Shown: positions 47,736 through 59,419, numbered from the stretch's first letter. The stretch: 64,000 bases of DNA from an uncultured delta proteobacterium (GCA_963828255.1 CAWHDZ010000011.1:128001-192000); one strand, 5' to 3'. Numbers and translations are program-made. Notes: a model not told the origin generated them from the sequence alone.

Positions 47736-48161
47736 TCACTTCACGTCGATGGCGACGGTGACGGTCTTCGTCTGGGGGACGCACCAGGTGTCGCTGCAGA
47801 TGGCGAACCGCATGTGCACCGTAACCTGTTGCCCCCCCTTGGCCACGGCCCTGACCGGGATCTCGAAGCTCGGGTTCTCGGCCTTGGGATCCACCGCGTC
47901 CTCGCGCTTCCACTCGACCTTGTCCACCACGAGCCCGGCCGACGGCGTCACCTTGTACTTGAGGGGGAACTCCCGGTTCACGTGGATCCCCTTCTCGAGC
48001 GAGACCACGTCGACGACCACCTTCCCCTTCCTTCCCACCTCGAGGGTGCGGGACGAGCCGTCGGTCACGACCTTGTAGGTGCTGGCCGCGTTCGCACCGT
48101 CGCCGGCGTGGGCGGGAGGCGCGAGTGCGACGGCGAGTGCGACGAGGGCGATGCGGACCAT
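47736..48161 (-). CDS. Secreted protein with DsbD N-terminal-like Ig fold
   Basis: GGAGG RBS and signal peptide. HVNREFP and C-terminal FAICSDTWCVP. Confidence 0.75.
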   Translation of the reverse strand: MVRIALVALAVALAPPAHAGDGANAASTYKVVTDGSSRTLEVGRKGKVVVDVVSLEKGIHVNREFPLKYKVTPSAGLVVDKVEWKREDAVDPKAENPSFEIPVRAVAKGGQQVTVHMRFAICSDTWCVPQTKTVTVAIDVK

Positions 48162-48220
48162 GTCTCCTCCTCCGGGTTCCGGGGCGGGTATACCAGGGAC
48201 GGGCCTCCCTGCCCTCCGAT

Positions 48221-49156
48221 TCAGCGAGCGCGGCGAGGGGAGGGACGGACCCGCCGGCGGCGGCGCGGCGCCACGGCCGGGGCGCCCAGCATCTCGGCGG
48301 CGCGCTCCACGATGGCGCCGGCCAGGTCGACCCCGCAGGCCTCCTCGGCCTCCCGGATGCCCGGCGAGCTGTGGACCTCGAAGACCCTGGGACCGCCCGG
48401 AGCGTCGAGCATGTCCACCGCGCAGACCTCGAGCCCGATGACCCGGGCGGCCGCCAGGGCGGCCTGCTCGGCGCCGGCGTCGAGCGCGGCGGCCTCGAAG
48501 CGCGCCCCCTGGCCGAGGTTGCGCGAAAGGCGCCCCACCCGGGGGCGCCGGCGCAAGGCGGCGAGCGCCCGCCCGCCGACCACGAAGGCGCGCAGGTCCC
48601 CCCCGCGCCGTCCCCCCACGTACTGCTGCACCATGGTGTTCTGGCCGAGCCGCAGGATGGCCTCGAGCGCGGATTCCAGCGCCTGACGGCTCTCGCAGAC
48701 GATGACGCCGGTCTTCTCGTTGCCCCGCAGGAGCTTCACCAGCACCGGCAGCCCGCCGACGTGGCGGACCATCTCGCGCAGCCCGGAGGGCTCGGAGGCC
48801 ATCACCGTGCGCGGCACCTCGACCCCGCTCGCCGAGAGCAGCTGCAGCACCCGCATCTTGTTGCGGGCCAGCCCGATGGCCGGCGCCCCGTTCAGCACCG
48901 GCAGGCCGAGGCTCTGGAGGTGGTTCACCACCGCGAGCCCGTACTGGCTGATGGACGGGGCGATGCGCGGCACCACCACGTCGGTGGACGGGAAGGCCCC
49001 TCCGCGGTGGAAGATCTCCGGCCCCTCCCGGCCCAGCCGCATCTCCACCTGGAGCGGGTCGATCACCCGGGCCACGTGGCCCCGGGATCGCGCCGCCTCG
49101 ACGATTCGCCGGGTGGTGAAGATGCCGGCCGAGCGGGAGAGGACCGTCAGGTGCAT
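48221..49156 (-). CDS. rimK: RimK-family ATP-grasp ligase
   Basis: VVPRI, ARNK, QQYV, DLRAFVVG, RNLGQG, AVDML and FEVHSSPG. Confidence 0.85.
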   Translation of the reverse strand: MHLTVLSRSAGIFTTRRIVEAARSRGHVARVIDPLQVEMRLGREGPEIFHRGGAFPSTDVVVPRIAPSISQYGLAVVNHLQSLGLPVLNGAPAIGLARNKMRVLQLLSASGVEVPRTVMASEPSGLREMVRHVGGLPVLVKLLRGNEKTGVIVCESRQALESALEAILRLGQNTMVQQYVGGRRGGDLRAFVVGGRALAALRRRPRVGRLSRNLGQGARFEAAALDAGAEQAALAAARVIGLEVCAVDMLDAPGGPRVFEVHSSPGIREAEEACGVDLAGAIVERAAEMLGAPAVAPRRRRRVRPSPRRAR

Positions 49157-49165
49157 CGGCGCAGG

Positions 49166-51070
<1,905 letters not shown>

Positions 51071-51303
51071 GTGTGCGAAGCCTCCCTTGTGAGAAGGAGG
51101 CTAAGTACTCACCGCGACGAGTCAAACGCCTCCTCCCCGGAAAATCGCACCCCATCCGGGGGTTGGCGGGGGCTCCCGCGCCCCGGGTGGGTGCGTAGAG
51201 CGCTTCGCAGTATGGAACCTTTTCTACCCGATCGTGACCGGAGCCACGTGGCATCCCCGGCACCGGATCGTTGAAATTCCGTCACTTTCGGGACGACGCA
51301 GTG

Positions 51304-51319
51304 TGGCATCCGGCTTGCT
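51304..51319 (+). promoter_or_regulatory. Probable sigma-54 (-24/-12) promoter
   Basis: TGGCATCCGGCTTGCT has GG-N10-GC spacing and ends about 46 nt before the DAGK-family start. Confidence 0.6.
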
Positions 51320-51365
51320 CCCCTGGAGTGCGACGCCGCAGTCATACCCTTGGACAGGGGACTCG

Positions 51366-52424
51366 ATGCTCCAGGCCTACACCGCGCGCCGCAACCAAGA
51401 GCAGACCGCCATCCTCCTGAACGCCAACGCCAAGCAGGTGAGTCCGCGCGTCCGCGACTCCCTCTCGGGGCTGGTGCCTGCGGAGAGCCTCTTCTTCTCC
51501 CGCGACCGGGACGACGCACACCGCATCGCCGATGTGGTCGTCTCCCGCGGCTTCGGAACCGTCTTCACCGGCGGGGGGGACGGGACCTTCGTCTCCTGGG
51601 TGAACCACATCCTCGACCGGGCCGAGACCCGCTCCGTCCCGTCGCCCCGCTTCGGCGTCCTGGCGCTCGGCACGGGCAACGCCGTGGCCGAGATGGTCGG
51701 CGCCGGACGCCCCATCGACGACCTCCGCCGCCACCTCTCCGGCGAGGTCCTGCCGGGCCGGCGGCTCGACCTGATCAGCTGCGAGGGACGGCGCACCCCG
51801 TTCGCGAGCGTCGGGCTCGATGCGGCCGTCCTGAACGACTACAACTGGATCCGCGCCAGGCTGGGCGGCAAGGCCGGCCGCCTCGCCCGCGGGATGCGCG
51901 GCTACGGCCTCGCCATCGCGCTCCGCTCCGCGCCCCGCCAGGTGTTCCAGCGGGCCCCGGTCCACTGCGAGATCCTGAACACCGGCGCCCCGGCCTGGCG
52001 GCTCGACGCCTCGGGCGACCGGGTGGGCCGCGCCGTCGAGAACGGCGAGCTGCTCTACGCCGGCCCCTGCATGCTGGCGGCCGGCAGCACGGTGCCCTAC
52101 TACGGATTCAAGCTGCGGGCCTTCCCCTTCGCCGGCCGGCGCGCCTCCACCATGAACCTGCGCGTGTTCACCCGGATCCCGGTGCCCGCCATGGTCCTCC
52201 AGGCCAGGAAGATCTTCACCGGAGAGTTCCAGCACCCCGGCCTCCTCGACTTCGAGGCCGAGCAGGTGGAGATGAGCTTCGACCGCCCCGTCCCCTTCCA
52301 GGTGGGCGGCGACGCCGAGGGGCACCGCGACAGCCTGACGCTGGGCATCGCGCGGCGCAGCGTGGAGCTGCTCGACTACACCGGCCGCACCAGCATCCTC
52401 CCGGCCCCGGCCACCCTGCACTAG
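51366..52424 (+). CDS. Diacylglycerol/lipid kinase family protein
   Basis: LLNANA, GGGDGT, LALGTGNA and VGLDAAVL. Confidence 0.87.
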   Translation: MLQAYTARRNQEQTAILLNANAKQVSPRVRDSLSGLVPAESLFFSRDRDDAHRIADVVVSRGFGTVFTGGGDGTFVSWVNHILDRAETRSVPSPRFGVLALGTGNAVAEMVGAGRPIDDLRRHLSGEVLPGRRLDLISCEGRRTPFASVGLDAAVLNDYNWIRARLGGKAGRLARGMRGYGLAIALRSAPRQVFQRAPVHCEILNTGAPAWRLDASGDRVGRAVENGELLYAGPCMLAAGSTVPYYGFKLRAFPFAGRRASTMNLRVFTRIPVPAMVLQARKIFTGEFQHPGLLDFEAEQVEMSFDRPVPFQVGGDAEGHRDSLTLGIARRSVELLDYTGRTSILPAPATLH

Positions 52425-52426
52425 CG

Positions 52427-53752
52427 TTACAGCAAGTTTGCAGCCAGCTCGGCGAGGGGAGACCGCTCCCCCTTCGAGAGGGTCACGTGGGCAGCCAGCT
52501 TCTCCTGCTTGAAGCGGTTCACCACGTGCACGAGGCCGTTGTTGGTCTGGTCCACGTACGGGTTGTCGATCTGGTAGGGGTCGCCGGTGAGGACGATCTT
52601 CGTCCCGTCGCCGACGCGGGTGATGATGGTCTTCACCTCGTGCGGCGTCAGGTTCTGCGCCTCGTCCACGATCATGAACTGGTTGGGGATGGAGCGGCCG
52701 CGGATGTAGGTGAGCGGCTCGATCTCGAGGATCCCCAGGTCCACCAGCTCGTGGTAGCCGCGCCCCAGCTTCTTGTCGGAGCGCGAGAGGTTCATGAGGT
52801 ACTCGACGTTGTCGAAGATGGGCTGCATCCAGGGGTTCAGCTTCTCCTCGACCGACCCGGGCAGGTAGCCGATGTCCCGCCCCAGCGGGAAGATCGGGCG
52901 CGAGACCAGGAGCTTCTGGTAGGCGGTCTCCTCCATGGTCTTGTGGAGGCCGGCGGCGATGGCGAGCAGGGTCTTGCCGGTGCCCGCCTTCCCCACGATG
53001 GTGACCAGCCGGATCTCGTCGTTGAGCAGCAGGTCGAGCGCGAACGACTGCTCCTTGTTGCGCGGCCGGATGCCCCAGATCCCCTCCTTGGGGAGCTTGA
53101 TGAGGGGCACGTAGGCCTGCCGCGGGGCGCTGAACTTCCCCACGGCGCTGTGCTGGAGGTTGTCCCGGTCGCGCAGCACCACGAACTCGTTGGGCGGCGG
53201 AGTGGGGCCGTCGGGTGGGAGCGGGACGACGCCCTGGGCGTAGAACTGGTTCACCGCCTCGGCATCCACCACCTCCTCGGCCACCCCGCTCCAGAGCTCG
53301 TCGAGGTCGACGCCCTCGACGTCGTAGTCCTCGGTGGTGAGCCCCATGGCGTCGGCCCGGATGCGCAGGTTCGTGTCCTTCGACACGAAGACCGCCGGGA
53401 GCTCGCGCTCGCGCTGCGAGATGTCGAGCGCCACCGCCAGGATCCGATCGTCGGTCGTGGAGTGGCCGTTGCGCAGCTCGGGCGGCAGCTGCCGGTCGGT
53501 GAAGAGGACCCTGACCGTCCCCTTCCCTGCGCCGATGGGAACTCCCTCCTTGAGCCGCCCCTGCGAGCGGAAGTCGTCGAGGCTCCGCGCCACCGCCCGG
53601 GCGTTCCGGCCCAGGCTGGAGAGGTCGCGCTTGAAGTTGTCGATCTCCTCGATCACGTAGATCGGGATGACGACGTTGTTGTCGTCGAAGGCGAAGATCG
53701 AGCGCGGATCGTGCAGCAGGACGTTGGTGTCGAGGACGAAGTTCTTCTTCAA
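52427..53752 (-). CDS. PhoH2: PIN domain fused to PhoH-like ATPase
   Basis: FVLDTNVLLHDP (PIN), GKAGTGKT, YIRGRS, DEAQN and GDPYQID. Confidence 0.93.
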   Translation of the reverse strand: MKKNFVLDTNVLLHDPRSIFAFDDNNVVIPIYVIEEIDNFKRDLSSLGRNARAVARSLDDFRSQGRLKEGVPIGAGKGTVRVLFTDRQLPPELRNGHSTTDDRILAVALDISQRERELPAVFVSKDTNLRIRADAMGLTTEDYDVEGVDLDELWSGVAEEVVDAEAVNQFYAQGVVPLPPDGPTPPPNEFVVLRDRDNLQHSAVGKFSAPRQAYVPLIKLPKEGIWGIRPRNKEQSFALDLLLNDEIRLVTIVGKAGTGKTLLAIAAGLHKTMEETAYQKLLVSRPIFPLGRDIGYLPGSVEEKLNPWMQPIFDNVEYLMNLSRSDKKLGRGYHELVDLGILEIEPLTYIRGRSIPNQFMIVDEAQNLTPHEVKTIITRVGDGTKIVLTGDPYQIDNPYVDQTNNGLVHVVNRFKQEKLAAHVTLSKGERSPLAELAANLL

Positions 53753-53803
53753 GGCCCACCTGCCCGGGGACGGTTCGCCTTCGGCCCGGGGTCGTCCGGG
53801 AGT

Positions 53804-56095
53804 CTAGCAGGGGGTCCGGCCGCCGGACAGGTCGGACGAGCGGACGGTGCGGTTCCGCCCGGTGCGCTTGGCCTGGTAGAGGCACGCATCGGCCACCTCG
53901 ACGAGGCGCGCCTTCTCGGTCCCGTCCTCGGGGAAGGTGGCGATCCCGAGCGAGATGGTGACGTGGAGCGGACCGGACTCGGTGGGGAACGTGGTGGCCT
54001 CGAGGCGCTGCCGGACCCGCTCGGCGATGATCCGCGCCCCTTCCCCGTCGGTCTCGGGCATGACGATGGCGAACTCCTCGCCGCCGTAGCGGGCCACGAG
54101 GTCGGTGCCGCGGGCCTCCTTGCCGAGGACGTGCCCCACCCCGCGCAGCACCAGGTCGCCCACCGGGTGGCCGTGCGCGTCGTTCACCGACTTGAACCGG
54201 TCCACGTCGCAGAGCACGACCGAGAGCCGCTTGCCGTGGCGCTGGGCCAGCCGGAGCTGCTCGTCGAGGCGGGACTGGAAGGTGCGGTGGTTGTGCAGGC
54301 CGGTCAGGCCGTCGGTGCTGGCGAGCCGCTCGGTCTGCTCGAAGAGGCGGGCCCGCAGGAGCGCGTCGGCCACCTGCATGGCGATCACCTCGAGCTGGCG
54401 GGCCGCCCCCCGGGCGAAGGCGTCGGGGCGCCTCGACCCCACCACCAGCGTTCCCATGGCCTGGTCACCCGACTTGAGCGGGAAGACCCGGATCGATCCC
54501 AGCCCCTTCAACCGCGTGCCCTCGTCGAAGACGCGCATCCGGTCCACCCGATCGCCCTGCCCGGGGAGCGACGAGCCGTGCCGCACCGCCGAGGCCACCA
54601 GCCCGCTCTGGGCGGAGAAGCGCAGCCCCAGGATCTCGGAGGGCTGCCACCCCTGCGGGGAGGAGGTCACCGCCTTCACGACACGGTGGGGGCGCCGGGC
54701 CTCCTCCGGCTCGTGGAGGGTCACCGCGCCGAAGTCGAGATCGACGATGCGCGCGGCCACCTCGATGGCAGCGTCGAGGACGTCCTGGGTCTTGGAGGTG
54801 CGGTTGAGCTGCTCGATGGCCGCGTAGAAGAGCTCCTTCTCGTCCCGCTCGGTCTGGAGCGACACCAGGATGCGCTCCGACTCGACGGCGCGGATGAGCT
54901 CCCCGGCCACGCGCGCGACCAGGCTCTCGTCCGACTCGTCGAAGGGCAGGTTCTCGAGCCGGTCGGCCACCAGCACCCCGCGGACGTGGCCGCCGCGCCG
55001 GTCCACCAGGGGCGCCGCCACGAGGGCCCTGGGGCGCGTCCCGTCGTCGTAGTAGGTGGCGGAGCGGATCTCGCCGGAGAGGCGCAGGGGCGCGCGCCGG
55101 GAGATGACGCTGCCCAGGACCCCCTCGGCGGCCGGGAGCGGCTGGCGCGAGACGTGGTCGGAGAGCGACCGGCACTCCCGGAGCGTGATCGTCGCGTCGT
55201 CCGGCGACAGCAGGAAGAGCGCGCAGGTATGGCAGCGCAGCGCGGCCTCGGCGACCTCCATGGCCCCGGCCATGGCGGCCTCGACCTGGACCGCCGCGGC
55301 CCGTCCGCGCAGGAGCGCCCGCTCCTCGTCGGCGGATGCGCCGCGATCGAGCCCGCGCGGGGACAGCAGCCGCATCTCCCGGGCGCGCTCGTCGAGGTCC
55401 CTCAGGCGCCGGTCCACGGCCTCGCGCTCGTTGCGCTGCGCCGCCGCGAGCCGGGCCCAGAGCACCGCGTGGTAGAGGACCGCGAAGAGGAGGATGAACC
55501 CCACCCGGGCCAGCATCCCGGGCAACCCGGACGGTTCCGCGCCGGCGTTCCACCAGACCCCGAGCTGAAGCGCCGCCGCCAGCCCCACGAGCGCGAGCCC
55601 CACCGGCAGGGAGAGGAAGGAGACCGCCACCGCGGCCGTCAGGTAGACGAGCGGGAAGAGCGGCCCCTCGCCGCTCCCCGACGACGTGAGCTGGGCCAGC
55701 GCGGCGGCGCCGACCACGAAGATGGCGCCGATCTCCAGCTGCTCGCCGACGCGCGCCACGCGCCCGTCGGCCGAGCGGCGGACGGCGCGCACCGACGAGA
55801 CCGACGCGGCCGCGCCGAGCAGCAGGAGGACGCCCCACTCCTCGAGCCCGACGCCGGGGCCGGCGAACCAGCCGCGGGCGACTCCGGCCGCGGCCAGCAC
55901 CGCGGCGGCGCCGGGGAGCGTCCGGCCCGCGGTGCGGGCGGCGCGGCGGCGCACCGGGGGACCGAGGAGACCGTCGTCCCGGTACCAGGCGCCGTGGATG
56001 GCGGCGTGGATGCGACTCCGGGTGACGCGCCCGTCGAGGACCTGGCGCCTCCTCCGCACCGCGCCGGCCGCTGCGCTGGCGGGGGGCGGGCTCAC
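53804..56095 (-). CDS. Membrane diguanylate cyclase, TM-GAF-GAF-GGDEF (DmxA-like)
   Basis: Several TM helices and two GAF-like regions. TDGLTGLHN, DVDRFKSVND, RxxD I-site (RGTD) and RYGGEEF. Start uncertain; the GTG overlapping the ftsB stop was chosen. Confidence 0.88.
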   Translation of the reverse strand: MSPPPASAAAGAVRRRRQVLDGRVTRSRIHAAIHGAWYRDDGLLGPPVRRRAARTAGRTLPGAAAVLAAAGVARGWFAGPGVGLEEWGVLLLLGAAASVSSVRAVRRSADGRVARVGEQLEIGAIFVVGAAALAQLTSSGSGEGPLFPLVYLTAAVAVSFLSLPVGLALVGLAAALQLGVWWNAGAEPSGLPGMLARVGFILLFAVLYHAVLWARLAAAQRNEREAVDRRLRDLDERAREMRLLSPRGLDRGASADEERALLRGRAAAVQVEAAMAGAMEVAEAALRCHTCALFLLSPDDATITLRECRSLSDHVSRQPLPAAEGVLGSVISRRAPLRLSGEIRSATYYDDGTRPRALVAAPLVDRRGGHVRGVLVADRLENLPFDESDESLVARVAGELIRAVESERILVSLQTERDEKELFYAAIEQLNRTSKTQDVLDAAIEVAARIVDLDFGAVTLHEPEEARRPHRVVKAVTSSPQGWQPSEILGLRFSAQSGLVASAVRHGSSLPGQGDRVDRMRVFDEGTRLKGLGSIRVFPLKSGDQAMGTLVVGSRRPDAFARGAARQLEVIAMQVADALLRARLFEQTERLASTDGLTGLHNHRTFQSRLDEQLRLAQRHGKRLSVVLCDVDRFKSVNDAHGHPVGDLVLRGVGHVLGKEARGTDLVARYGGEEFAIVMPETDGEGARIIAERVRQRLEATTFPTESGPLHVTISLGIATFPEDGTEKARLVEVADACLYQAKRTGRNRTVRSSDLSGGRTPC

Positions 56096-56400
56096 CGCTG
56101 CGCTCCCGGAGGCGGCAGCTCGTACACCCGCTCGCCGGGGCGCACGTAGCCGAGCTCCTCCCGGGCGGCCCGTTCCAGCGCCGCCGGGTCCCCGGCCAGC
56201 GCGCGGGCCTCGCGCCGCAGCTTCTGGTTCTTCTCGCGGAGCTTCTCGTTCTCGTCGGCGACGCGCCGCACGTCGGCAGCCAGCGCCCGGTGCTTTCGCA
56301 GGCCGGCGGGGTGCAGCGCCGAGGCGACGAACAGGGCCGCCACGACGCCGGAGTAGGCGATGAGCCATGGTTTCGCGCGCTTCACGGGCCTCGCGGCCAC
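56092..56400 (-). CDS. ftsB: FtsB/DivIC septum formation initiator
   Basis: TM helix, coiled coil and ERAAREELGYVRPGERVY. Confidence 0.88.
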   Translation of the reverse strand: MAARPVKRAKPWLIAYSGVVAALFVASALHPAGLRKHRALAADVRRVADENEKLREKNQKLRREARALAGDPAALERAAREELGYVRPGERVYELPPPGAQR

Positions 56401-56469
56401 CCTACCAGGGGGGTCGGGACCGTCCAGAAATCGGCCGATAGCCGCCGGTGGAGGCGGTGGCCGGCGCCG

Positions 56470-57144
56470 TCAGCCCTTCTCGACCCGCTTCAGGAAGATC
56501 TCGCTGGCGATCTCCGGGTCGATGGCCACCGTGGTCTCGCCGATGTCGAGGACGTAGGCGGGGGAGCGCTGGTGGAGCCGGACCTCGCTCCCGGGGACAA
56601 CGCCCAGGGCGGCGAGCTTGTCCATCCGCTCGTGGAAGCGGGGGGCGATGAAGACGATCCGGCCGGTCGCGCCGATGGGGAAGTGGGGCAGCCCGGTGAC
56701 GAGCGACTGCACGCTGCGGTGGGCGGCGCTGCAGCAGTCCCCCGGCGGGATCGACTTCCCGTGAGGACAGGTGGGCGGGTGGCCGAGCAGCGTGCAGACC
56801 GAGTCGGTCGCCTCCGGGGAGAGGATGTGCTCGAACTCGCAGGCCTGGCTCTCCGCCACCCCCTCCGACAGGTCGAGCAGGTCCCGGAAGAGCCGCTCCG
56901 CCAGGCGGTGGCGCCGGATCACGCCGCGGGCCCGGGCCGTCCCGGTCTCGGTCAGGGTCACCCGGTCGCCCTCGACCCGGACGAGCCCCATTCCCGCCAG
57001 GGTGCCGAAGTCGGCGGCGCCGGAGCCGGGGGCGTGGTCGCCCACCCGCGAGAGCACGCTCGCCACGTCGTCCTGCCCGATCTCCGCCTCGGCGAAGACC
57101 GCCTCGAGGAACTCCTCCGCCCTGCGTGCATCCATGCCGCTCAC
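56470..57144 (-). CDS. DtxR/IdeR-like metal-binding protein with C-terminal FeoA domain
   Basis: RRHRLAERL, ACEFEH and CPHGKSIP. C-terminal SH3-like segment LAALGVVPGSEVRL. Confidence 0.88.
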   Translation of the reverse strand: MSGMDARRAEEFLEAVFAEAEIGQDDVASVLSRVGDHAPGSGAADFGTLAGMGLVRVEGDRVTLTETGTARARGVIRRHRLAERLFRDLLDLSEGVAESQACEFEHILSPEATDSVCTLLGHPPTCPHGKSIPPGDCCSAAHRSVQSLVTGLPHFPIGATGRIVFIAPRFHERMDKLAALGVVPGSEVRLHQRSPAYVLDIGETTVAIDPEIASEIFLKRVEKG

Positions 57145-57356
57145 CGTGCCGCCTCCTTGCGCCGATCCAGCCAGCCCTTCAGCTTGCCCGCCCACCCGGT
57201 CTCCTGGGGAAAGGAGTACCCGCAGGACGGGCAGCACACCACCCGGCACCCGGTGGCCAGAGGGCAGGACGGGCGGCAGCCCTGTCCCTCGGCGTCGAAG
57301 GCCATCCCGCAGAGCGGGCACCGTTCCTGTCGCTGGACGAGGGCCGGCACATTCAC
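57141..57356 (-). CDS. Small 8-Cys protein in the feo operon (71 aa)
   Basis: CPLC-x10-C-x3-C-x5-C-x3-CC-x2-C. Starts 2 nt after the feoB stop, and its stop overlaps the next start. Confidence 0.75.
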   Translation of the reverse strand: MNVPALVQRQERCPLCGMAFDAEGQGCRPSCPLATGCRVVCCPSCGYSFPQETGWAGKLKGWLDRRKEAAR

Positions 57357-57358
57357 CC

Positions 57359-59419
57359 CTAGTAGAACCTGCGCATGAGGAGGTTCACCGCGGCGCCCAC
57401 GCCCACCGAGAAGGGGAGCACGAAGGCGGCGATGGCGAGCCCGGTCTTCCATCCACGCTCCTTCAGGATCATGAGGAAGTTGGCGATGCAGGGGATGAAG
57501 AGGGTCACGGTGACGAGCGCCACGGTGACCTGGATCTCCATCACCCGGGTCATGGTCCCGGTGGTCATGAAGGGCTGGTAGATCTGGAAGAGCCCGGCGG
57601 CGGCGTAGTCGCGCCGCAGGAACCCCAGGATGAAGGCGCTGGCCGCCTGCTCGGGCAGCTGCAGGATTCCGACCACCACCGGCGCCGCCGCCCGCTCCAC
57701 GAGCCCCAGCAAGTGGGTCCGGTCGAGCACCCAGAGGAGCAGCGTGCCCAGGACGAAGAGCGGGAGCGCCTCGCGCAGGTACCACTCCATGCGCGCCAGC
57801 GTCTTCACGAGCACGTTGCCGAGCTGGGGGACGCGCAGCGGCGGGAGCTCGAGAACGAAGTCGGAGCCCCGCCCGGGGATGACCCGCGCCGCCAGCCAGC
57901 CCACCAGGAAGAGCACGAGGACGATCACCGCGGAGAACCAGAGCGAGGCGGCGAAGGAGAGCCCCTGGAGCATCGCGAAGATGACGGCGATCTGCGCGCT
58001 GCAGGGCACCGCGAGCGCCAGGAGCAGCGTGACGATCACGCGCTCCTTGCGGGTCTCCATGATCCGGGCGGTCATGGTGGCCATGGTGTCGCAGCCGAGG
58101 CCGAGCACCATGGGCAGGACGGCCTTGCCGTTCAGCCCCATCCACTTGAAGACCCGGTTCACCATCACCGCGAGCCGGGGCAGGTAGCCCGAGTCCTCGA
58201 GGACGCTGAAGGAGAGGAAGAAGGTGGCCACGATGGGCAGCACGATGGCCATGCCGTAGGCCAGCCCCATGGAGACCAGGCCGTACCTCCCGATGATGAA
58301 GCCGCTGGTCTCCCGGAAGGGAAGCCCGGGCGGACCGACCAGGAACTCCTGGATCGCTCCGGCCGGAACGACGAAGCGCAGGAAGGCCTCCGTCCAGGGC
58401 ACGACGTGATCGTAGAAGACCGTGTTCTCGAGGAAGTCCACCAGCGTCTTGGCGCCGAACACGCCCACGAAGAAGTAGGCGGCGGCGAGCACCAGCAGGA
58501 GGACGGGGATGCCCTTGACCGGGTCGGTGGACCAGGCGCCGATGCGGCGGGCCAGCGCGCTTCCCGCCGAGGCCTTCCCCCGGGTGACCACCTGGTCGTG
58601 CAGCCGGTCGGCGGCGGCGAGCCGCTGCCGGGCCACCACGAAGCGGAGCGACTCGGGGTACCGGCTGGCCAGGGCGCGCCGGATCCCCTCGATGCGCTGC
58701 AGCCTCTCGGCGGACGCCCCGGAGAACAGCCAGGGCTGGAGCGAGTCGTCGCCGGCCAGCACCATGAGGCCGAGGGAGCGCCGGGAGAGGCGCGCCGCGG
58801 GCAGGAGCGGCTCGAGGTCGGAGAGCGCCGACTCGATGGCCGGGTCGTAGCGCGGCCGGAAGCTGGAGACGCCCGCCTCCGGGATCCGCTCGAGCAGGAG
58901 CGGCAGGCCGGTGCGCTGCACCGCCACGGTGGAGATCACGTCGATCCCCAGCGCGGCGGAGAGCCGGTCGGTGTCGATGCGGATCCCGCGGGCGGCGGCC
59001 TCGTCGGCCATGTTGAGCGCCAGCGTGAAGGGGACGCCGGCCTCGGCGAGCTGGCAGGCCAGCAGGAGCCCGCGCCGGAGGTTCTTGGCGTCGCACACCT
59101 GAAGGCAGACGTACTCCGGCTCGCGGAGCAGGATGTCGCGGGTCACCTGCTCGTCCTCGGACATGGGGAGCAGGTTGTTGGTGCCCGGGGTGTCGAGCAC
59201 GTGCCAGCGCAGGCCGCCGATCTCGGCCGCGCCCCGCGTGACCTCCACGGTGGTGCCCGGGTAGTTCGAGACGGTGACGTACTTGCCGGTGAGCGCGCCG
59301 AAGAGGACGCTCTTGCCGACGTTGGGGTTGCCCACCAGCACCAGCGTGCGCGGGGCGGCCACGATCTCCTTGTGGTCGAGCGGCTGGCTGCGGGCGGAGG
59401 CGCCCGACGCGGGGGTCAC
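57359..59419 (-). CDS. feoB: Ferrous iron transporter FeoB
   Basis: GNPNVGKS, NYPGTTVE, DTPG, NMAD, LEDSGYLPR and ELPP. Confidence 0.96.
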   Translation of the reverse strand: MTPASGASARSQPLDHKEIVAAPRTLVLVGNPNVGKSVLFGALTGKYVTVSNYPGTTVEVTRGAAEIGGLRWHVLDTPGTNNLLPMSEDEQVTRDILLREPEYVCLQVCDAKNLRRGLLLACQLAEAGVPFTLALNMADEAAARGIRIDTDRLSAALGIDVISTVAVQRTGLPLLLERIPEAGVSSFRPRYDPAIESALSDLEPLLPAARLSRRSLGLMVLAGDDSLQPWLFSGASAERLQRIEGIRRALASRYPESLRFVVARQRLAAADRLHDQVVTRGKASAGSALARRIGAWSTDPVKGIPVLLLVLAAAYFFVGVFGAKTLVDFLENTVFYDHVVPWTEAFLRFVVPAGAIQEFLVGPPGLPFRETSGFIIGRYGLVSMGLAYGMAIVLPIVATFFLSFSVLEDSGYLPRLAVMVNRVFKWMGLNGKAVLPMVLGLGCDTMATMTARIMETRKERVIVTLLLALAVPCSAQIAVIFAMLQGLSFAASLWFSAVIVLVLFLVGWLAARVIPGRGSDFVLELPPLRVPQLGNVLVKTLARMEWYLREALPLFVLGTLLLWVLDRTHLLGLVERAAAPVVVGILQLPEQAASAFILGFLRRDYAAAGLFQIYQPFMTTGTMTRVMEIQVTVALVTVTLFIPCIANFLMILKERGWKTGLAIAAFVLPFSVGVGAAVNLLMRRFY

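Noticed and set aside
51102..51128. CIRCE element upstream of dnaK
   Set aside because: TAAGTACTC-N8-GAGTCAAAC has the wrong spacing and a poor right arm. It is better explained as a TTGACT-N16-TAGCCT promoter on the minus strand.
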